DNA of 64,000 nucleotides, from assembly GCA_000004695.1 (NCBI GenBank), contig CM000153.2:448001-512000 (forward strand), in the 5' to 3' direction. Within the stretch, counting starts at the first letter, position 1. Each line of letters starts with the position of its first letter. The notes under the pieces are model-generated. The model searched no databases. It had not been told where the DNA came from and saw only the letters and a program-made list of their open reading frames with translations. The translations under genes and the position numbers were made by a program. Positions 56,823 to 64,000 of this stretch are shown here, in pieces. The DNA comes from Dictyostelium discoideum. Taxonomy: Eukaryota.

Positions 56823-58449
56823 TTATTATTATTACTACTGCTACTACTATTATTACTACTACTACTACTACCGTTATTACCACTTGAACTATCTGTTGGT
56901 AAAGTTTCATTTTGAGAACTGTTGTTGCTACTGCTACTGGTGGTGGTATTATTACCACTTGAACTATCTGTTGGTAAAGTTCCATTTTGAGAACTATCAT
57001 TATTAATAGTACTATCAGTGCTATTACTACTGCTACTACTATTACTATGATTAATGCCATCTATTGGTGTTGTTGTTGTTGTTGTTGTTGTATTACCATT
57101 ATCAGTACTATTAGTTATAATTGTACTATTTTCAGTTAATAATAATTTTGTAGATGGTAATGATAATAATGATGGTGGTGGAGCAGATAAAGGTGAAGGA
57201 TTTAAAGTTGTTTGAGGAATAGGTATAGATTCAAAAGAGAAATTAAAAGTATATAATTGTACATCAAACAAATCACTAAGATTATATTGCACATATTTTG
57301 AAGGATTTACATAACCATAATAACAAACTCTATTCTCATCACCATATAGGATATGTAATGTATTTGAATCCACACCATTGTATTTCATTCTTGGTGTTGC
57401 AAAATCATCTCTTAAATAATTGAAACGATTATTATTATTTTTGTTATTATTATCATCAATTGAAGTATCTGTAAGTTCAAATTCAAATTGTGAATATCTT
57501 GTACTATTTGTTAATGACACATTCTTACCATCATAAACCACTGTACCTTGATATGAAGTTAATTTAAATGTGAAATTAGTTGATTGTGATGAAACGAAAG
57601 GATTGATTAAATTAAAATATTGGTTTGGAATATAGGTATTGGATGGATATGAAACTTCCAATGTTATAGTTGGTAATCTTGATCCAAAATAAGTATAATT
57701 TTGATAACTATTACTACTTCCATTAACAACTGTATTTACAACAGATGGTGAAATCAATTTAAATATTACAATAGTTTGAATGGTTGTATAAGCACTACTA
57801 TTACTATTATTATTATTAAATGAAGAAGATTTATAATCTCTATAAGCTACAAACTTTGCATCATTTGATAAGAATTTAAATTTCTTTTCAATTGAGTAAA
57901 TTGGTGAAACTGTCTCTAAAACCATTGAATAATAAGCACCTTGAAGTTCTCTACCTGGTTGATCATATTCAAAACTACTTGATGTAAAAATATTATTTTG
58001 GAAGGAAGAAGAAGAAGAGGAGAAGGAAGAAGAATAAAAAGAAGAAGAAACACCTCTTTGATAAAATGATATAGCATCATATTCATATAATGGGTAATAT
58101 TGTTTATATGGATATAGTACACTAAATCTTGGTGATAGATAAAGTTTTTCAGGTGCAACTGAGCAAACAACCGATGGTATTGATGTTGAAAAATATCTAT
58201 CATTATATTGAACAATCAATAATCCTCCAATTGGTATTCTAGTACCATTTGGAAATGTATCATTACTATTTGGTATCCAATATTTAATAAATAAATTTGG
58301 TTTTGAATTTATATATTCAATTTGAACATTTGTTGAAAAATTTGCTAAATTAAATGTATAACTATCATTTTTTAATATATAATGTATTAAAAATTCACAA
58401 CCACCATTTAATTTTGAACTATTTGAATAAGTTTGATTTAAAATTGTAT
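53258..58449 (-). CDS. large extracellular EGF-like/IPT-like repeat transmembrane protein, exon 2 (1730 codons)
   Basis: EGF-like CPNDCGGIIKGECDTDVGCKCNAGYTGADC; IPT-like blocks; Ser/Thr-rich mucin-like stretches; TM segment IIAGVVIFVIALISLTIILVV followed by a basic tail. The frame is open upstream of the ORF-track TTG start as far as a TTTAATAG acceptor at 58450-58451 (minus). Confidence 0.8.
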
Positions 58450-58544
58450 CTATTAAATAAAATAAAAAAATAAAAAAAATTAATAAATCAATAAATTAAC
58501 ATATTAAATAATAATAATATAATAATAATAATATAAATAATTAC

Positions 58545-59721
58545 AATTAAATGGAAAATTTAAAAGAGGTGGTTCAGTTGAATTTGAAGAATCAGTATTA
58601 TTTATAAATGATGGACAACTTGTAACTTTAATTAAATCGAAATCAGTTCTACCGTTTAAGCATTGTAACTCCATTGAAATTGAATTTGTAAGGTTTCCAC
58701 AACCTTCACTACCAAAAAGATAAACGATTTGATTTTTATTTGATTGACCTTTTGAGTGAATTAATATTGATTTATATTGACATTGCATTGGAAATTCAAA
58801 TTGACATTTTGTATTATTGTTATTATTTTGTTGTAATATTCCTGTTGCTGTTGGAGTTGGGGTTGTTATTGTTGTTGTTTTAGTTGTTGATGATGATGAT
58901 GACGATGATGATGACGATGATGACGATGTGGATGTAGGTATTGATAAACTAATATTTATACATTGATTTATAGGTACATATATAGTTTGGCATAAACATT
59001 TTAAATAAACGCTAAATGTATTATTTTGTGGTGGAACTGTTGGTGTTGGTGTTGTTGTTATATTTGGTGTTAAAATTGGTGTTGTTGTTATATTTGGTGT
59101 TAAAGTTGGTGTATCTGTGGGATTATTACTATTGTCATCTATTTTCGGGCATTCAACTTTAAAATATTGAAAATTAATTGTGTTGTTTTTATTACTATTA
59201 TTTTTATTATTGCCATTGCTACTACTATTATTATTTTTATCATTACTTAAACATTCGAGTGTCTCATTTTTAAAGAAATCTGTACAATTATAATTTGAAA
59301 AACTCCTTATTGTGGTAAAGGTGCCTTGTGCTGTCTCATTATTTATTATGTTACTAAAAGGTATAAAAATGGATATAAATGGACATTCATCATCGCTGCT
59401 ATTATTATTATTACTACTATTATTATTATGCTTGGATATATGGTTATTTATTAAATTTGTACACTGACCCTCTGGAATCGTCATTAATTCCGTATAATTA
59501 CATTTGTTTTGAAAAATAAATTTATATACATTGATTTTATTACCACTACTACTACTACTACTATTAGTTCCATTACTATTACTGCTATTATTATTATTAT
59601 TAATATTATTATTATTACTATCTGTAGATGCTTTAACAAATATTGATGTTGAAAACACAAAAGATAATATTAGAAAAATATAAAATAAAAAGAATCCTCT
59701 TCTTTTATTTAATATTATCAT
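58545..59721 (-). CDS. same large surface protein, exon 1 (signal peptide plus Cys/Thr/Ser-rich N-terminal region)
   Basis: ATG at 59719-59721 (minus). Signal peptide MIILNKRRGFFLFYIFLILSFVFSTSIFVKAS. The ORF would otherwise run into YYYYYIIII; a GTAATT donor at 58539-58544 (minus), phase 1, joins in frame across a 95-nt intron to ...NFPFNYTILNQTYSNSSKLNGGCEF.... Confidence 0.65.
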
Positions 59722-60178
59722 TTTCTATTATTCTCTACCATATATCTATGTTATATATATAATATATATGTATCTCTATTTAAATAATTATATATTGTAT
59801 TTATGTATATTTTTTAATATTGTTATTATTATTATTATTATTATTATTTAATATTAGTTAATAATTTTGTGTATTTTGAATTTTGTATTTTGAATTTTGT
59901 ATTTTTTTTTTTTTTTGTATATAGTTATTTTTATGTATAAAAAGTAAATAAACAATAAATTAATAAATAAATAAATAAATAAATAAATTTGGGTTTTTTT
60001 TTTTTATTATAATTTTCTTTTATTTTAATGTGTGTTGATTATTATTTTAATAATAAATTATTTTTATTTGTTTTTTTTTTTTTGTTTTTTTTTTATGATT
60101 TAAAGTAATATTTGTGTGGGCAGAGGATGTGGTGGATGAGAAAAAAAAAATAAAAAAATAAAAAAATAAAAAAAATAA

Positions 60179-60223
<45 letters not shown>

Positions 60224-60343
60224 TTTTTTTTTTTTTTTTTTTTTTTTTGGCAAAATTCAGATTTTTTGAATCTTATTTACACTTTATTATAAGCGTGATA
60301 TTTTACGTATTAAAATAAATGGGTTATAATTTTTCGCTATTTT

Positions 60344-60377
<34 letters not shown>

Positions 60378-60619
60378 GACAAATTATTTTTGCCGATTAA
60401 ACATTTACCACCTCTTAAAAAAGAATAAGTGGGTGAACTTTCAATTTTTTTATTTTTTTTTATCCAAAATTTTGAAGGCATTGTTTTTATTTTTTTTATT
60501 TTTATTTTTTTTTTTTTTTTTGATTATTATTATTTTCATCTAATCAATTAGTTTTTATTTTTATTTTTTTTATTTATTTTAATTAATTGTAGTCGGTCAA
60601 TCTGGCTTTATTAAATTGA

Positions 60620-61852
60620 TTAATAACCATATCCACCATAAAAACCTTGATGTTGTTGTTGGTGATGTTGTTGTTGTTGTTGTATGTGTTGTTGATGGTG
60701 ATGTTGTTGTTGTTGATGGTGATGTTGTGGTTGAGCTTGTTGTTGCTGATAAATATAACTATTATTTTGAATTACACCATTATTATTTGAAGTTGGTGGT
60801 ACAGAATAAGCAACTCTTTTATTTAGTGGACCATCATTATTACCATTATTAATAATACCATTTGTTGTTGATGATGATGATGACGATGATGATTGTAAAT
60901 TCATATCGGTTAGTGATCTTTTCTTTGATTCTGGTTTACCATCAGGATATAAACTTTCAAATTTATTCTTTAACTCTTTATAACCTTTAATATCATTATC
61001 ATATTGTAAATTAAATTCTAAATAGTCATTCCAAATATTCAATTTTTCATCATCATTTAATTTACAAACTAAAATTTCATTTCCATCCTTTTCTTCATCA
61101 TCTTTTTCTTCATCATCTTTTTCTTTTTCTTTTTCTTCATTATTAGTATTTTCTTTATTTTCTTCTTTATTTTCTTCTTTATTTTCTTTACCATTATTTT
61201 TAATTTTATTTTTATCTAAACATAATGCAATATTATAAACTTTTTTAATTCTTTCAATTTGTTCAATTCTTTTTTCACTACTACCACTGCCACTTATAAT
61301 AAATAATAAATTATTAATTTCAAAATTTATAAAATATAACCATAATAATTTTGAATCTGGATAAAGTGAAATTGATTTCTTTAAAACCTCTCTTGATGTT
61401 TCAAAAACGTCAACAATTTTATCAGCTTCCTCTTCACCTTCTTTTTCACCTTGTAATGATTGTTTATTTGATAATAAAAATGAAATATAATTTATAGATA
61501 AGAAAGGATAAGTCTTGGAATCAGATTGTAAACTTGTTAGAACCTTTTTAAAGAATTGATTTGCTTGTTGAATTGAATGATTTCTACGTTTAAATGAAAC
61601 CAATCTTAAAATCACCTCTAAATGAGTTGGTAATAATGAATGTATATTCTCCAAAATTGAAAATGCCTTTTCAATATTACCCAATGTTGACTCTACGAAT
61701 AATGAATACTCCAAATGAATATCAGCTCTCTTTTTTAAGAATATCTTTGTCGCTCTCTCAAATATTGATTCAATTAATTCATTCTTATTATCTCCAACAT
61801 AACTTTCTTGTAAAAATTTAATATATTTTAACCAAAATTCTGAATAATAACA
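60620..61852 (-). CDS. pre-mRNA processing factor 39 (PRP39-like HAT-repeat protein), exon 4; C-terminal Q/H-rich tail
   Basis: AAAAAAG acceptor at 61853-61854 (minus). CYYSEFWLKYIKFLQESYVGDNKNELIESIFERATKIFLKKRADIHLEYSLFVES... (HAT repeats). Stop at 60620-60622. Confidence 0.8.
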   Translation of the reverse strand, partial: CYYSEFWLKYIKFLQESYVGDNKNELIESIFERATKIFLKKRADIHLEYSLFVESTLGNIEKAFSILENIHSLLPTHLEVILRLVSFKRRNHSIQQANQFFKKVLTSLQSDSKTYPFLSINYISFLLSNKQSLQGEKEGEEEADKIVDVFETSREVLKKSISLYPDSKLLWLYFINFEINNLLFIISGSGSSEKRIEQIERIKKVYNIALCLDKNKIKNNGKENKEENKEENKENTNNEEKEKEKDDEEKDDEEKDGNEILVCKLNDDEKLNIWNDYLEFNLQYDNDIKGYKELKNKFESLYPDGKPESKKRSLTDMNLQSSSSSSSSTTNGIINNGNNDGPLNKRVAYSVPPTSNNNGVIQNNSYIYQQQQAQPQHHHQQQQHHHQQHIQQQQQHHQQQHQGFYGGYGY

Positions 61853-61930
61853 CTTTTTTAAAAAAAATAAAAAATAAATAAATTAATATGATTAATAATA
61901 ATAATAATAAATAAATAATAATATACTTAC

Positions 61931-62077
61931 ACATGGTACTAAACATCTTTCAAAAAGTTTAATAACTTCCTCTTGAGTTACAGATGGATCAGATTCCATA
62001 TAATTGAAATATGATCTCCATACTGATAATGTCATTTCATCAATTGGTTGAATATGAAAGAAGAATCTTTTATTTAC
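61931..62077 (-). CDS. PRP39-like, exon 3
   Basis: TATCTAG acceptor; VNKRFFFHIQPIDEMTLSVWRSYFNYMESDPSVTQEEVIKLFERCLVPC; GTAAGT donor at 61925-61930 (minus). Confidence 0.7.
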
Positions 62078-62170
62078 CTAGATAATATTTTTTTAAAAAT
62101 AAAATCAAAAATTAGTTTGTGTTGTGTTTATTATTATTATTATTATTTTTTTTTTTTTTTTAAAACTTAC

Positions 62171-62507
62171 AATTGATTCAAAATTTGATCTTTTTGAAAT
62201 TTTTTCTAAAGTTTCATGATACCATTTCTCTCTATTTTGTAAGACCATTTGTTTAGTTTCAGCATCATAACCAGTGTATTCTTTTCTTTCTTCTTCTGTT
62301 AACATATCATTAATTTTAATTCTATCGATATTATCTTTAAATTTTTCATTAAAAATTTGTAAATTCTCTAATGGTGTCTTTAAAATACTATTAAATATTG
62401 ATGCTAATTCATTATTCTCTTGTCCCATTTCAAATTCAATATATTTTTCCCAAAATTTACCACTTTGATAATCTGTACCAATAATATTAATGCCTCTTTT
62501 AAATACA
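62171..62507 (-). CDS. PRP39-like, exon 2
   Basis: TATATAG acceptor at 62508-62509 (minus); VFKRGINIIGTDYQSGKFWEKYIEFEM...REKWYHETLEKISKRSNFESI; GTAAGT donor at 62165-62170 (minus). Confidence 0.75.
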
Positions 62508-62589
62508 CTATATATAAAATAAAGCAAATTAAATCATTATTAGTTACTTTTATTTTATTATTTTTTAAAAAAAAAAAATATATATTTAC

Positions 62590-62972
62590 CTTCTAATTTC
62601 ATCAACTGGATAAGATTTATCAATTAAATGAGTACAATAATTTAACCAAATATCAACACTATGTGGAATTGATGATACTGCTTTTTCAAATATTTCAATT
62701 GATTGAGTTGTATTATTATGAGCATACTCATGATCTGCAAATCTTTTCCAATATAAAAAACATAATGGAAATTCATTTAAAAATTCACTATACACTTTTC
62801 TAATCTTTTCAATATCATTAGTTTTCTCTATTACACCAATTAAAAATGTCCATTGATTAAATGCCAATGGATTAGTTTGAACAATTTTCCAAAGTTTATC
62901 TTCTTCACTTAAATTTTGTGGTGAAGTTGTTGGTGTTGATGTTGTTGGTGGAGTTGTTGTTACTTCAGTCAT
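62590..62972 (-). CDS. PRP39-like, exon 1
   Basis: ATG at 62970-62972 (minus); LWKIVQTNPLAFNQWTFLIGVIEK...YSEFLNEFPLCFLYWKRFADHEY (the YWKRFAD HAT signature of PRP39); GTAAAT donor at 62584-62589 (minus), phase 2. Confidence 0.85.
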
Positions 62973-63241
62973 ATTTTTTATTTTATTTTATTTTCTTTTG
63001 TTTTTAAATTTTATTATATAGTAGTATTATTAATTAAATATTATATATATATACATATATTTATGAACACAACAAACTTGGTGAAATAAAAAAAAAATGA
63101 AAAAAAAAAAAATGAAAAAAAATAAAAAAGTGAAAAAAATAAAAAAAAAAAAAAAATAAAAATAAAAATAAAAAAATAAAAAAATAAAAATAAATTTTCC
63201 AAAAATTTCCTAGTTCAGAAAAAAAAAAAAAAGATTTTATT

Positions 63242-64000
63242 TTATTCTGATAATTTATTTAAATCATTTTTAGTTAAAATACCAGTATCTAAAATGATTG
63301 AAGTTACTAAAGTCATTGGAGTAACATCGAATGCTGGATTAAAAGTTTTTGAATTTTTTGGAGCCCAACGAACTTGGCCAAAGGCACCACTTGCACCTTG
63401 AACTTCAGTTTGAGAACGTTCTTCAATTGGGATATCTTTACCAGTTAGACATTTGATATCAACAGTTGACATTGGAGCCACACAATGGAATGGGATGTTA
63501 TGGTGATTTGCCAACACTGCGACACTGTATGTACCGATTTTATTGGCAAAGTCGCCATTGGCAGCGATACGGTCGGCGCCAACCAACACCCTTTGGATTT
63601 TACCATCACGCATTAAGCATGCAGCCATGTTGTCGCAGATTAGTGTGTATGGAATGCCCTCTCTCTCCAACTCGTATGTAGTCAAACGGCCGCCTTGGAG
63701 CAATGGACGGGTTTCGTCGACATAGACATGGATGTTCTTGCCCTGCTTGTGGGCCTCCCTGATGACGCCCAATGCAGTGCCTGCGCCCACTGTGGCGACA
63801 CTGCCGGTGTTGCAGTGAGTGAGAATGGACTCGCCTGGTTGGATCAAGGATGCCCCGAATTTCGACATCTTGTCACACATGTCCACTTCGTTTCTAATGA
63901 TACGCATTGCAATCTCGCCGAATCTGGTGGCAGAGTAATCACGATTTTCAACATTACCCTCCTTCAATTGCATCATCTCATCAATTGCAAACATTAAATT
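63242..64000 (-). CDS. S-methyl-5-thioribose-1-phosphate isomerase (MtnA / eIF2B-related family); 3' two-thirds only, N-terminus beyond the window end
   Basis: ILTHCNTGSVATVGAGTALGVIREAH, VYVDETRPLLQGGRLTTYEL, VGADRIAANGDFANKIGTY, NPAFDVTP; stop at 63242-63244. The frame is open to position 64000. Confidence 0.85.
   Translation of the reverse strand, partial: NLMFAIDEMMQLKEGNVENRDYSATRFGEIAMRIIRNEVDMCDKMSKFGASLIQPGESILTHCNTGSVATVGAGTALGVIREAHKQGKNIHVYVDETRPLLQGGRLTTYELEREGIPYTLICDNMAACLMRDGKIQRVLVGADRIAANGDFANKIGTYSVAVLANHHNIPFHCVAPMSTVDIKCLTGKDIPIEERSQTEVQGASGAFGQVRWAPKNSKTFNPAFDVTPMTLVTSIILDTGILTKNDLNKLSE

Noticed and set aside
60616-60852. Plus-strand poly-Val ORF
   Set aside because: It is antisense to the Q/H-rich C-terminal tail of the PRP39-like gene.

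Overview
This 64 kb window is AT-rich (about 75-80% A+T) except for a few GC-shifted patches. It has long poly(A)/poly(T) runs, (CAA)n, (AAT)n and (ATT)n microsatellites inside genes, and short AT-rich GTAAGT...AG introns. It carries FNIP-repeat and discoidin-domain genes. All of this is typical of a dictyostelid (Dictyostelium discoideum-like) nuclear chromosome, so I annotated it as eukaryotic DNA. There is no CRISPR and no rRNA, and I could not support any tRNA. The supplied ORF track counts TTG and GTG as starts, so several of its M starts are really internal codons of spliced genes. I rebuilt exon structures by hand from splice signals, frame continuity and homology.

About 20 protein-coding genes are supported. 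In order they are: a strictosidine-synthase-like/APMAP-like gene (5' part only, rest beyond the window); a peroxisomal acyl-CoA oxidase; a BTB-BACK-polyQ-discoidin (BTBD9-like) gene; a mitochondrial ATP synthase OSCP subunit; a TBC/RabGAP gene; a GT10 alpha-1,3-fucosyltransferase; a FNIP-repeat gene; a 2OG-Fe(II) oxygenase; a mitochondrial carrier; a small acidic hypothetical gene; and P5C dehydrogenase (ALDH4A1-like). Then comes the centre of the window: an ankyrin + protein kinase gene (+), a divergent pair of paralogous IPT/TIG-type (tgr-like) surface-receptor genes, and a second paralogous ankyrin + kinase gene (-). Beyond these are a BBE-like FAD oxidase, an Erv/ALR-type sulfhydryl-oxidase-domain secreted protein, a 2122-aa EGF/IPT-like transmembrane protein, a PRP39-like splicing factor, and a methylthioribose-1-phosphate isomerase (partial).

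The most interesting part is 27-48 kb. Two paralogous signal-peptide/IPT-TIG-like receptor genes sit head-to-head and share a 722-bp promoter region that contains a G-box/CA-element-like palindrome. One of them carries a roughly 12-copy, 66-72-bp coding tandem repeat in its cytoplasmic tail. Two paralogous ankyrin-kinase genes bracket the pair in inverted orientation, so the whole locus looks like an old inverted duplication. About 10 kb upstream lie two scrambled pseudogene fragments of the + receptor gene, each next to a copy of an unclassified dispersed repeat of about 0.6-0.7 kb. A third copy of that repeat sits just downstream of the intact + receptor gene. This architecture resembles the polymorphic tgrB1/tgrC1-type allorecognition loci of Dictyostelium; I cannot confirm orthology without a database search.
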